Part shown: in pieces, positions 24,801-37,700 of the stretch
How positions within the stretch are numbered: the first letter of the stretch is position 1
How the letters are laid out: the number at the start of each line of letters is the position of its first letter
Source of the DNA: Antedon mediterranea
Lineage: Eukaryota > Animalia > Echinodermata
DNA length: 64,000 bases
Assembly: GCF_964355755.1 (NCBI RefSeq)
Contig: NC_092671.1
Span: 22,456,070-22,520,069, forward strand
Reading direction: 5' to 3'
Translations under genes and position numbers: made by a program
Notes under the pieces: generated by a model
Databases searched by the model: none
What the model saw: only the letters and a program-made list of their open reading frames with translations
What the model was told of the DNA's origin: nothing

Positions 24801-27800
24801 GAACGCATGTTCCTCACGAATCGATGTACATATGCTGTTACTCTGATCAACTTATTCCATGAAGATATTCTACTTGGATCAATTACTTCTACACAAGCAT
24901 GAGTTAGAAAAACATTCCTTTCTGTCTTTTTCTCTCTGTCTAATTCCCTCTGATCAACAATCGATGTATTTACAGGCCAATCCTCCTCAGGCAAGTATAA
25001 GAACTCTGGTCCAATTCGCCATCTTCCGTTAAGCTGTTTAACTGGTATGCCACGTGATACATCGTCTGCTACATTATGTTCACCGGGGACGTGTCTCCAT
25101 TGCGACGGCTCTGACATGCTCTGTATTTCTCCAATTCTATTTGATACAAATGACTTAAAACCTCTCGCTTGCTTCTTATCCATGCCAAAACGATCATGCT
25201 GTCTGTTAAGAAGATTACTTTATTGAATTTGATTCTGGTTTTGTCTATTATAATCGTATGAAGTCTCGTAGCTACCAATGCTGCTTGCAATTCAAGCCTA
25301 GGAATGGTTAACTTCTTGAGCGGTGTTACTCGTGATTTTGCTGCTACAAATTTCACATCAAATTGATTATTATCTACTTTCCAGCGAATATACGCACATG
25401 ACCCAAATGCGTCTTCTAACGCATCTGCAAACATACATAGTATAAGCTCTTCTGTTGTTGTTGGTGGCGTTAGACACCTATCAAAACTGATAGTATTTAG
25501 TTCTTTCATTTCTTTGAATAACTTCACCCACCAATCTTGAACCGAAGTTGGTAAATCTTCATCCCAGTCATAACCCTTTTGCCATAAGTGTTGCATTCCA
25601 ATTTTTGCTCTAATCAAAAAGGCTGCTGCAAACCCGATCGGATCAAAAATCTTTGCAATTTGACTTAAGATTTTTCGCTTTGTTAAATTTGACATTGTTT
25701 CTGAATTATTTAATTCGATGTTTACTCTATACTTCAATTTGTCTGATATGGGCTCCCAAACAGTTCCCAGTACTTTCTCCTCTTCCAAATTTTGAAGCAG
25801 TTTAATCTTTACTTCTCGATCCGATTCCGTTGACGTCAGATTCCTGTTGGATAACCAACCCTTAACTTTAAATCCGCCCTTTTTCAAAACGTTATCAAGA
25901 TTCTTCGTTAAAACTTTCGCCTCATCAACAATTGTTACAGACTCACATAAATCATCCATGTAAGTATTCCTTTTGAGTACTTGTGCGGCCTTAGGAAACT
26001 GGTGACGTCCTTCTTCAGCTGTTTTTCTTAGTGCTGTTTGAGCCATGGCTGACGACGGCTTATCTCCAAATGTTAACACGGTTTTCAAATAGACGTCTAT
26101 TTTTGAATCAATATTTAAGTTTCTCCATAAGAATCGATGTACATGCTGGTCTCTTATTGGAATAAGTACTCGATGGTACATCTTGGATATGTCTCCAATT
26201 ATGGCTGTTTCGTTCTCACGGAATCTCAGAATCAATCCGAACAGATCATTCAACATGTCAGGGCCTTTCATCCAATATTCATTCAAGCAATGTCCCTGGT
26301 ATATGGCTGACGAGTTGAACACAATTCGAAGTGGCGTACTTTTCTTGTCTGGGCGCAACACTCCGTGATGAGAGATGTAATGTATCGGACCGTCGTATGA
26401 TGATAACTCTGTGTCTGATAACTTTCTAGCGAATTTCATGTCTACCATCTCTTTGATTTGGTTCTTATAAGCTTTTGCATGCTCAGGATTCTTAAGTAAG
26501 CGTCTTTCCATTGAAAACAATTTCTTTTCAGCTTGTGATCGGTTATTTGGTAGTTGGTTTGGATCCCTTTTCCATGGGTATGGTATTAACCACTGGTTAC
26601 CCAGTTTGGTACAGGAGTCTGCTATTATTTTGGCTTCTTCTGACTCTATCGGCCCAATTTTACTTGCTTCACAAGAACACGTTTTAACAGTAACGCCCAT
26701 AGCCTCTGTAGTCCAAAAATCGGTTAAGTCTACTGGTTGTGAAAACTTTACATGTAATACATTGTTTGACGGTCGATCTTCTGTCACTGCCCCAAAAATC
26801 ACCCAGCCTAATGGTGAGTGTCGAGCAATTAGGTTGCCTGCCTCTCTAGTTTCACCAATGTGTATGTTCGGGTGGTCAATTCCAATTAACAAATCTACAT
26901 CACCATGTCCTCGATAAATATCCTTGGTATCAATTTTGAAACGTCTCGCTTCCACGTCGTCACTTATAGACGGAATACCAATAGCCTTAATAATAAACTC
27001 TTGTTTGCTTCTCTTGGGCGAATACGGGTTTCATATATCTTCGTAAACAACTGTTCCTCTTCTCCGCCTACTTTCTTTATTGTAGTTACCACTTCCTTTC
27101 CTTTAAGATGTAATTGTTCTGCAAGTGGACTTCTTATTAAACTGATTTGAGCGCCTGAATCCAAAAGCACATTTGCTTGACAGCGTGTGTCTTTTCTACC
27201 CAATATTTCTACTACTAATACTGGCAATATTGATGAATTTCCTATAGAGGTTGTAGTTACTGCTTGGCTTCCTTCTGGTATGTGCAGTAGAGGGTGATGA
27301 AAATACTTGCATTGTGCCCCTTTCACTACTTGTGAACACTGTCTTCTTCTATTACAGACACTCATGCCATGACCTTTTTTTAGACATCCAAAGCATGCCT
27401 TGCCAGCCTTCATCTCATTTAATCTTTCTTGCGGTGTTTTCTCTTTAAGCTTGTTACATTTATCCGTCCAGTGACTGTCCGAACTGCAAATCCAGCATTT
27501 GTATCTTTTTGTTGCGGCTACTTGATTTACTTGAGATACTTTCGTATTACTGTTGGATCTAACTTGAGCAGCAGCCCTCATTCGTGATTTCATTTCTCCC
27601 ATCATCCAGTTGATCAGCTCGATTAAAGTTTCTTCCTTATCATCTAGATGACGAAACCAAACTTTTTTGTCTTCAATGCTTAATTTCTGCTCTATCATGG
27701 CTAACACTTGATTGTTGTCCATGTCATTCGGTCTGCCAGCTTCCTTTAATGTGTTATAACTTCTGTTTATTAAATGTGTTAATTCACAAAATCTGTTCTC

Positions 27801-30340
27801 TTCACCTTCCTTAAGTGGCTTGAATTTGTTTATATCTTGAGCAATTGCATCTGCTATAAACCTTGGGTCACCATATACATTATCCAGATAGCTCCAGGCT
27901 CCTCGGTAATCTTCACCCAAGCCTCTAATCAATTCCAGTGGTTTTCCTTGCAGACTGGATCTCAGAATTGTTACTGCCTCTCTATTACTATATCTTGACT
28001 CTATAAATTGTCGGAAGTCGGCACGAAAGATGTAGTAGTCTCTTACATCCCCTGAAAACTTAGGTAGCTTTGGCCTTTCAATTTTAAATAAATCATTTTT
28101 TCTTGAGGATGGGTTGCTTGGCATCATTTGAGTATCGGCTGCATCATTTTCATCTAATTTTATAACAATTTGACCTTGAGCAACATTTTCATTATTTCCA
28201 TCGATCGCTTGACCTCTATCAGCTTCGCCATCAACTATTAATTGATTTGCCTCTAGGTTTTCTTCGGCTCCTTGAGCTCCAACTTGTTGTTCTGGTATTT
28301 CCTGATCTGGTATATCGTTTTGCTCATCTTGTTGATCAGCTTCTTGTTCTTCGTCAACATCATCACCAATAGGATGGTAGTCCTTATTTCGAATGGAAAG
28401 TTCTAGGAAATTATCTTGGCATTCTAACATCCACTTCTCTTGCCTTTCACAGTCTATCTTCGATGACATTCATCAGCTGATCGTGTTCCGTTTGTGAAGA
28501 TTCGTATGCTTCACTTACTTTTAAGAAGGCTTCGTTTATTTCATTTTTGGGCGATTCCTTTCTATCAGGGTTCCCATTGCGTTTGATAACCTTGTGAATT
28601 TAGCTTTGGCATTGCGTCTTTGTCTTTTTAGTTGTCGTTCGTTTTCCTCGGCCATCCCGAAGAAATTGAATTGTTGGTACGTCAGGGAAACTCAATACGT
28701 AAGAAAACAACAACTCCTGCTAGTTGTATATAAAACCTTTTATAAGCTTTGTGTATTTATTCAATCTGTAAGTAAACAGAAATAACCCATACAAAATGTA
28801 TTCAAAACAACAATAATAACAATTTTAACGTACGCCCTCAACTCTAGCGAATCATGCAACAAACAAACTATAAACGCCCTCAGCGTCAATCAAACAATTA
28901 ACTTACATAATTGTCGCTCCCATAATACATGCGACGCCGCATGTCTAATCGTCAACGCACAACAGCGTTAATCACAGTATGAGCCTACTCGCGCTGTAGC
29001 TTATGAAGTATGATCGAGGCTAGCCTACTAGCTCGGCTTAATAAAATCACACTTAAGACTCTACTAACTAACATAATTAGACTCACTTCTTTGGCAGGAT
29101 ATTTAGCTTCCCTTATTCATATACATTTACTGCATTTTATAGCTAAAATTACTATACACTAGAGGGTGAGCTCGCTTCGCTCGCTCCCCCTCTAGGAAGT
29201 GTAGACGATGGTTCTCGGAATGATAATGTTCTCCTTATACATTTTCTGTCGGTTACCATTATTGAAAATGCTTGACATTCGTAAAACTAAACTACTTTGT
29301 TTCACAGTGTTTTAGATGATTAATAACATTTTAAAGTATAGTTTTTATTGTTTGGTAGGGCCCTTTGGGGAGGCGGAGGTCATTTGAGGGAGGTGCTTAT
29401 TCGAGGGATATATGTTAAATTTTTTAGTTCTAATAATATGGTAACATTTATAATCAAATGAAATCCTCTCATAGATATGAAAAGTGGTAAAAAAGAATAA
29501 CAAATGCTTGGTAAATTGCAGATAACAGTGCGGTGAATTCTACTACAAATAGTATAATTGTGTTATTATAAATATGTGGATGGACGTTTATTAGATAGTT
29601 GGGTTGTGGGGGAGGGGGGTGTTATTATTCAAAGTGATGTTTTATTGGAGAGGCGTTTATTCAAATGAATACCATCCTCTTAATTATTAATACATTATTT
29701 AATTTAATCATCTTTTGAAACTAACTGCCGTGACAGAGTGGGCCCAAGAAAGAAGACATTACGGCTTGCAACATGGGCAGACATCTCGGTCCTAACGGGA
29801 CACAGGAAGATAGCCTACAGTTATTCCTGCAAGCTTACTCAATAAAACTCAGCTATCGGGATTTCACTCGAAAAATGTAATTTTATAATACTATTCCCCA
29901 CAATATATTCTGATTCTTTATGGCGTATATTTAATTTGATATTTATTAATTTGCAGTATAATTCCTATTATTTAACTACTGTACCTTCACACACGTGTGG
30001 TATGTTTTAAAATAAACAAAAAACTGAAATGGCTATGATTAATGGCCAATTTTTTTTTTCGTCTTCCAAAGGGACACTGTATTGATTGATGGAAAGTGCC
30101 TGTTTCCAGTCACCTTTAGGGTCAAATCTATTATTTTAACTGCTCCCTTGTGTATAAAAGAGAGAAAATATTTGAAACTAAGGTGAACTTATCTTAAACC
30201 CGGAAATTACTTTGACCGGGAAGAATTGAAATTGAGAGGAAAATCTAATGTTGAAATCATAAATGTTGTTAAAAAACTCTTTATAATATCTTCCTAAGAT
30301 ATAAATATGGAACAATAGCGTCGGCGTGCACACTAATGTT

Positions 30341-33300
30341 AAAAAAATATCCAATGATCAACATCAAGAAAAAAGAGGTCCAGGAGTATGGAAAATCAAC
30401 AATAGTATCCTAAACGATAAAGAATACGTCCGAAAAATAAAAGGAATAATTGAAAATACAAAAAAAAAATGAAAACAATCTGAGACCAGACGTGCTCTGG
30501 GAATTACTTAAAGTAAAAATAAAAGAATGTTCTGTAAAATTTTGTAAAAAAAAGAAAATGGAAAGAAATTTGGATAAAGTAAGCTTAATAAAAGAAGTCA
30601 ACGAGCTTACACAAAAGCTTAATCAAGTATACGATGAAAGAATCGAAAAACAATTAATTACAAAAAGGGATAACTTAGAGAGCATATATTTAGTTGAAGC
30701 AAAAGGTGCAATTGTCAGATCCAGAATTGATTGGTTTGAAAAAGGAGAAAAAAATAATAAATTCTTCTTAGGGTTAGAAAAGAATAATGCTAAAAGAAAA
30801 CACATTAAATCTGTTTTAAAAAGTAATGGAAAATATACATCTAACAATGATGAAATTCTGAAAGAAGAAGTTCTATTTTATAAAAACATATACTCTAATA
30901 AAGAAATACCTCTAAACGATATGAACAAATATCTAAAGCACACAAAATTAAAAACGTTGTTAGAGGAAGATGTAATAAAATGTGAAGGTCTTGTAACAGT
31001 CGAAGAATGCACAAAAACGATTTTTAAAATGAAAATAAATAAGAGTCCTGGTATTGATGGATTAAGTGTAGAATTTTATCGTACATTTTGGGAGAATGTA
31101 AAATATTTATTGTGTGATTCATTGAATTATAGCTTTGTTAAAGGCATGTTATCAACAACACAAAGAAGAGGTATTATTAATCTTTTATACAAAAATGGAC
31201 AGAGGGAAAACCTAAACAATTGGAGACCAATAACACTACTTAATGTGGATTATAAAATATTGGCTCACATTCTAGCTAATAGGTTACACAACGTTATAGG
31301 TTCCATTATAAATGAAGATCAAAAAGGTTATATTAAGAAAAGGTTTGGAGGAGAAAATGTAAGACTGGTAAACGACATACTAGACTACACAAAAGCAAAA
31401 AGTATTACAGGTGCTATTGTTTTTCTTGATTATGCGAAAGCTTTCGACTCAATAGACAGAATACTGCTGTTTAAGGTTTTAAAACTCTTTGGTTTTGGAA
31501 ATTCATTTATCAAATGGATAAAGGTTATGTATAAAGAAACAGAATGTGTCATAGTAAACAACGGATGGTTGTCAGAAAAGTTTAAAATGGAGTGTGGTGT
31601 GAGGCAAGGCTGCCCATTATCTGCTTTGCTATTTATTCTGGTATCAGAAATAATGGCAGTAAATATCAGAAATAATTCTAAATGTATAGGAATTACGTTA
31701 CCTAATAGCAATGACGATGATGATAATATCGTTAAAATTGCTCAATTAGCGGATGACACCGTAATTTTTTCACATGACGAAGGTAGTTTAAAATATTTCT
31801 TTAATGAGATTGAGTCTTTTTGTAGTGTTTCAGGGTTAACATTAAATAGAAAAAAGACAAATGGTATGTGGATTGGTGTAAACGAAAATAGTGTTTCAAA
31901 ACCATTAGATATTACATGGACTAGTGAACCTGTTAAATTTTTAGGAATCCATATAGGTTACAATAAGCATTTATGTGAAAAGAGAAACTGGGACAAAAAA
32001 ATTACCAACCTAGAAAACGTATTAAATTTATGGAAAAGAAGGAATCTTACCTTTTTTGGTAAAATAACTATTATTAAAACACTTGCATTGTCTAAGTTTA
32101 TATATAACGCAAGTATAATTGATGTTCCCAAAGATATAGTTAAACAAATAGAAAAACTATTATATACGTTCCTATGGGGAACCAGAAGGGAAAAGATAAA
32201 GAGAATAACCTTAATTAAAAATATTAAGGAAGGTGGTTTAAACATGCCAGATATTAGCTCTGTGGTTGAATCACTTAAACTGAATTGGGTCAAGCGACTG
32301 TTAAGTCCAGATCCAGGTAAATGGAAATGCATACCAAAATATTTCCTTCACCCAATTGAATATACAATAAAAAGTACTAAACTTAATGTACATGATCATG
32401 CTAACTTGAGAGATATGCCTACATTCTACAAGAACATGATTAATGCTGTTGTAAAATTTAATAATATTGTGTATTCAGAACCAACAACTTTAATAGAAAT
32501 AAAAAATCAACAACTATGGGAAAATAAGTTTATACTATCTAACAATAAATCATTGTACTTCAAATCATGGTTATATTCTGATTATAAAGTAATAGGTGAC
32601 ATATTTATAAATGATAGAGTATGTACCGCAGGTGAAATAATCTCAAATTTGTATAAAAAACATAATGGTTTAATCGAATATTTACAGCTTATGAATGCCA
32701 TACCAAATGGGTGGAAAGAAATTATTAGAAAAGACAATACAAATAATCAAGATGTAGGTAATAATGACTCATTGTTTCATAAGAACATTAAAGGATCTAT
32801 CTACTATAAATATTTTATAAACAAACGTTCCACTGAACCAGGTTCACAAAGAAAATGGGAATGTGAGCTAAATAACGTAGAAATAGATTGGAATAAAGTA
32901 TGGTATTATAAGGTATACAAGATGAAACATATAGTTAAAGTTGCTCAATTCAACTTTAAACTCTTACATCGAATATTACCGTGTAAAAAAAGATTAAAAT
33001 TATGGAATTTGGCAGAAAATAATTTATGTGACAATTGTATAAATCAGATAGAAAGTGAACAGCACATGCTGTTTGAATGCAATGCCATTCAATGGACATG
33101 GCACAAATTTAAAGGTGTGCTGGCTAATTGCTTTCCAGCTGAAGATAATATTACATGGTTTAAAATTGTTACAGGAACAAAAAACAATATTGTAAATGAA
33201 TTGATTTCTATGTTTTTATTCTGTATATACAAGGTACACATAATATCCAATGGTGGAAGAAAAGATAAAGATGATAAAAAAAAGATCTGGATTCTTTTCA

Positions 33301-34083
33301 CTGCTGAAGTTAAAAATCTAATAGAAAATGAACATATGTGTAACTTCATTAAGGCACAACGTAAATGGGGTGCAAAAAAGGAAACTCTGTTACAATTGAT
33401 AGCATGAATATAGTCTGTATGAAGTGTTTTTTTTTTCATGTTTTCTAAAATGCAATATGTTTTGTTTATTTCCCAATTACAAATTGTATACAGAAGTAGA
33501 AGTAGTATTATAATAAGATGTCATCGGGTATGAAGCGTCTCACATACACACAGAGCCAAAATGGCATCTTGGACTTGCACGGTGTATGGACTCTAACCTT
33601 ACGGTTTTCATTTTAATATTTCATTCCACTCTATCATCCTTATCTAGTTTTCAAACTTTTGCATTCCTCTTTTTTCATCTCATCCTTTTTGTCTTGGTGA
33701 AAAGGGAGGATATTTTATATTCCTCCTCTGAGTTTATAGCCTCTCTACCAGAACATGAACAAGATTTTATAAGTACGTTTTTAATGACAGTTCATAGACT
33801 TTTATTACCATCTTTTATCTTTATATTTTAATTAACATCTTTTTAAAATTGTAAATGAAAGCATGGTTATTATATTGAAATTAATCATCTTTTTATGTAA
33901 ATATGCCTACTTTTTAACTACTTGTTAACTTGTAACAATCTTAGTAATATACAACAGAAATAGAAATATTCATACAAATAATTAATTGCTACAATGTACC
34001 TTTATTTTATATATAATATATATACATATAAATCTGAGAATTATAATAAAAGTGGGAAGACCCCACACAAGACAAAAAAAAAA
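30341..34083 (+). mobile_element. 5'-truncated Tx1/L1-clade non-LTR retrotransposon
   Basis: Begins at the RGPGVWKINNSIL motif just after the endonuclease domain; AATAAA at 34045 and A10 at 34074-34083; left junction GTT|AAAAAAA; 3' boundary inferred. Confidence 0.8.
30450..33407 (+). CDS. Tx1/L1 ORF2 (RT and C-terminal zinc finger; endonuclease missing)
   Basis: KSPGIDG, WRPITLLNVDYKI, LDYAKAFD, GVRQGCPLS, QLADD, CDNC...H..FEC. Confidence 0.92.
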   Translation: MKIQKKNENNLRPDVLWELLKVKIKECSVKFCKKKKMERNLDKVSLIKEVNELTQKLNQVYDERIEKQLITKRDNLESIYLVEAKGAIVRSRIDWFEKGEKNNKFFLGLEKNNAKRKHIKSVLKSNGKYTSNNDEILKEEVLFYKNIYSNKEIPLNDMNKYLKHTKLKTLLEEDVIKCEGLVTVEECTKTIFKMKINKSPGIDGLSVEFYRTFWENVKYLLCDSLNYSFVKGMLSTTQRRGIINLLYKNGQRENLNNWRPITLLNVDYKILAHILANRLHNVIGSIINEDQKGYIKKRFGGENVRLVNDILDYTKAKSITGAIVFLDYAKAFDSIDRILLFKVLKLFGFGNSFIKWIKVMYKETECVIVNNGWLSEKFKMECGVRQGCPLSALLFILVSEIMAVNIRNNSKCIGITLPNSNDDDDNIVKIAQLADDTVIFSHDEGSLKYFFNEIESFCSVSGLTLNRKKTNGMWIGVNENSVSKPLDITWTSEPVKFLGIHIGYNKHLCEKRNWDKKITNLENVLNLWKRRNLTFFGKITIIKTLALSKFIYNASIIDVPKDIVKQIEKLLYTFLWGTRREKIKRITLIKNIKEGGLNMPDISSVVESLKLNWVKRLLSPDPGKWKCIPKYFLHPIEYTIKSTKLNVHDHANLRDMPTFYKNMINAVVKFNNIVYSEPTTLIEIKNQQLWENKFILSNNKSLYFKSWLYSDYKVIGDIFINDRVCTAGEIISNLYKKHNGLIEYLQLMNAIPNGWKEIIRKDNTNNQDVGNNDSLFHKNIKGSIYYKYFINKRSTEPGSQRKWECELNNVEIDWNKVWYYKVYKMKHIVKVAQFNFKLLHRILPCKKRLKLWNLAENNLCDNCINQIESEQHMLFECNAIQWTWHKFKGVLANCFPAEDNITWFKIVTGTKNNIVNELISMFLFCIYKVHIISNGGRKDKDDKKKIWILFTAEVKNLIENEHMCNFIKAQRKWGAKKETLLQLIA

Positions 34084-34448
34084 TCTACGTTTCGCGGTAC
34101 ATCTCGGATAGATAAGGTAGGTATCCAAGGCGGAGATTTGTAACGAAGTTTTTGCATTGTGCTCGCCTATGTCAGAATTAACCATAATTTATATATAGAT
34201 TATGGCTGTCACCCTTCTAGTGACGACCTTATTGCCTATCATATGACTTGCTGCAACTAAAAACTTAAATCATCTTTTAATTATACAAATGTTTCTTCCT
34301 TTCTACGCATGCGTGATACAAGCGATCGTTCTATAACGATCCAATTATAGAAAATGAAAAATACAAAAATAAACAAGTCTATGCACACTTTGGACAATAA
34401 TCGAAGTCTTTGTTAAGTGCGCTATGTCGCAAGACATTCAGCATTCGT

Positions 34449-34743
34449 GATTGATTAAAATGTATATTTATACTCGGGGTAACCTCTTCAGTCAAAGACT
34501 GGTCTCCCAGAGGGCCCAATTGGTGATCAGTGGCTGTGATGTACTAATACACCGGGGTAACCCCCTACTCGACTCGAAAGATGTACTAGGTTCTTTAAAG
34601 TGCACACGAGCTAGATGTGTACACTGGACCTACGGTTTATAGTCCTTATCCGAGAAGACTCGTTCTACCAACAGAACCATGGAGTGAGTGAGCCTCGAAC
34701 CTCTGCCGATGTTATGGCTACGTAATTACGTTTCCACTTTCTT
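34449..34743 (-). mobile_element. Second SINE copy (same head and core, different 3' tail)
   Basis: Reverse complement matches about 9300-9520, then diverges. Confidence 0.8.
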
Positions 34744-34774
34744 GTTTGCGGTACAGAACGATCACAGCATGTTG

Positions 34775-37700
34775 ATTATAATTTTTTTATTGTGTTTTTC
34801 TATGGGAGATAACCCAGAAGCCTAGAAGTAGAAATGAATAATTTTACAGGTAAGCTTTAATATAGTTTATAAACCTAGTATGTCAAATGAGAATACTTCT
34901 TTTTCTAATAGAAGAGACAATTCCAGAGTGCCATAAAATCAAGACCATATATTAATTGGTTCTAAACATGGAACAAAATGTTATGGTAGATCTTAAGTTC
35001 TTCAATGCAATCAGTGAAATCAAAGGACTTAATGTACAGATAGATATTAGGAATATATTAAATTGTTAACTTTTCATTTATTATTGATCAGCAGATGAAA
35101 CTTTTGAAGCAGAAGAAAACAATGACATCACAGGTAAGCTTATAAAAAATTTGTAATAAAAATCTATACCAGCTGGTGCTGAGGTGAGGTGAAATTAAGA
35201 TTGACTATTTCTATGAAGTTCTTTTTTAGTGTTAAAATTAATTAATCCATGTCCCATTTCCCATTCCAAGCATGTGTCATCAGAAATGTTTAAGAGTTGT
35301 GCAACTGTAGATGCCGGAAATGGCACTTATCAGACACAAATTAGATTTTTGTAAGCATTAAATTCCTAACATTTTATTGTTGTTGTTCATCAGCAGATGA
35401 TGCTGATAATTATGGACAACTAGAAATTGCCAGGTAAGTCTACTACAATATTAGCAGCAAAACATTTGAAAACACAAATCTACAATGTATCAAGAACGAA
35501 AATGTATAAAATGTTAATGTTATAAATTGTTTTTGTTTACTACTATAGGAGATGACCTATAGGCCTACAACCATGCCAATTTCCCAGGTAAGTTTATATT
35601 TAAAAAGGTTCGTTCTTCACATGCCAAAGAGCATAAAATAATGATTAGACTGGGTTCCAGCTAGTAAATAGTAAAGATAAATAATTGGGCACATATGGTA
35701 TGATAACCTACGTCGTTCTTATCGGATGTTTGCGGTCTGCAAATCGATTTCTTCACATATTTCCCCATTGCATAAATCTGAGTATTATATTATACATATG
35801 AAACGCCATATGTGCCAAAATATTTATCTTTACTATTTACGGGCTGGAACCCAGTCTAATATAGGATGGTAGTCTGAGGTTGTCATATGTACCTCTGTAT
35901 TTAAGCATTTTAATTGGAATATTGTTGAACATTAAATGGAATATAGTGTTATTTTTTAACAAGTACAGAACTACAGTAGTTATAAAATATGATTCCAAGT
36001 GAATAGCTGTTTTGTGACATCAAAATAGAATTATTTCTTTAGGAGGACAAATACATCTGTAAGAGATGATAGAATAACTGCATTTTTGTTTTTCTCATTT
36101 TGCAGGCAAGAAAGAGTTGGCGAAATTGTTGACATCGAATCCTGAATTCCCATTGATGGGGGGGGGGGTGTGGTGAGGGGGTGTGGGGCGAGGCGAGTTT
36201 TGATGTTAACGATTTTAAAAGGTTTGAAAATTGATATAACATTACAGTATGTACACGTTCTGATTGATATACTTGTTTTTAGTAGTGTTACCATATCAAT
36301 TTGTCAGGCTGTTGCACCTAAGAAAACAAATAAATATTTCTTAAAGTGTAGTTGGGTATTTGGGCTACAATAGTCTATAGATTATAGCATGAATTATTAG
36401 TTTAAACTAATTGATACATGGTTATAATACTACAAGCTTATCAATTTGGAAATGTTTGCAATATTAAAGTGTAATTTGGTATTTGGACTATAGTCTATAG
36501 CATGGATTTAATTAGTTTAAACTAATTGATACCGTAAATCTTCTTGTCTTGTAACCCTGGGTTATTATTTTTTTAGGGTGGGTGTTAGAAGAGTGGGGTG
36601 GGGGGGGGTTACTATTTGAGTAGTGGGTTATTATTACTAATCTTAAATTAGGCATCTGAAAATTGTAACCCACCCCAACTTTTCCAGTCAGAAAATCATA
36701 GAAAAAATAATAAAACAGTACGAATAAATAAATTTGTTTGAACTCTAACTTTATTTTATAAACTCAAAAACACTCAATCCTCCCGAGATCAACATGCATT
36801 ATCTTCTTATTTTCAATATACGGCTGCATAAAAAACGACCAGTCTTTATATTGTCATTTTGTCAATAGTTTTTGTGACTCTAGTATTAACCTCCCCCATG
36901 GGTCACTATTAGAGTAGTGGGTTATTATTATAGATTGACTTATAAGTTGTGTTACTACTAGAAGGTGGGTTATAATTGGAGTATGGGTTACTATTAGAAT
37001 TGACGGTACATGATTATGGTAAATTTGATCAATTTGGAAATATTAAAGTGTAATTTATTAAGTTATTCAGTGATTAAATATTTCAAAGTATCAGCTAGAA
37101 TGTAAATGTTTCTAATTTATTTTTCTTTACATTATGATCATTTAAGTATACATAAAAATCATCACATATAAGAGAAGAACAATTGTCCTGTAATTGGTCC
37201 TGCTGGAGATAGATTTCATACATGTTAAAAACGTCTTTTAATTAATACTGTAACAGACTGAAATTAGGAACTATATGTTCGATTCAATTAATAGTATTCT
37301 TAACACAGTACATTACTGTAGCAGCTTTGAGCGAGTAGCCAGATTTCCAATTCTTACATGATTGTACAGTAGAACAAATCATTAATAAAATAATCCAATA
37401 CTTTTACTAGACATCAGACAAGTGTCTTCCCTGATTAACAAATGATTAAAAATAAGTTATTGTAGATGAATCTAAAGATGTTAAAAACCACATGGACAAT
37501 TGTTATTTAAATATTTTTAACGTCATGACAATACAAATTACATATTTAGATTATGATATCAACTAAGAACAATATAGCTATAGAATATGAGAATTACTGC
37601 AACCAGCTGCCCAAGAACATTTACTCCATCAACACATCAGACACTAGGCATATATGAAAAGGAAAAATACATTGTTAATGTTAACACAACAAGTACCAGA

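Larger units (their letters stand above)
19789..28655 (-). pseudogene. pol: BEL/Pao gag-pol, broken by frameshifts and split by the Gypsy-A derivative
   Basis: ATG at 28655 (MAEENERQLKRQRRNAKAKFTR); three Cys/His knuckles; LLDSGA; YMDD; FADA; DYFGP, SDNGTQF; the final RPIN|KIVVIYPTEGYM* resumes at 19829-19789. Confidence 0.93.
29159..34199 (-). mobile_element. Non-autonomous Helitron containing a LINE insertion
   Basis: Minus strand 5'-TC...CTAG-3', inserted between host A and T with no TSD (empty site TATACA|TTATGG in the other LTR); 3' hairpin GAGCGAGCGAAGCGAGCTC. Confidence 0.9.
17559..34343 (-). mobile_element. BEL/Pao LTR retrotransposon, decayed, with nested insertions
   Basis: LTR ends TGGTACG...CGATCCA, 5-bp TSD ATTAT (17554-17558, 34344-34348), PPT at 19761-19772, BEL-type gag-pol. 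Confidence 0.93.
28675..34343 (-). repeat. 5' LTR of the BEL element (interrupted 29159-34199)
   Basis: Matches the 3' LTR on both sides of the Helitron. Confidence 0.9.
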
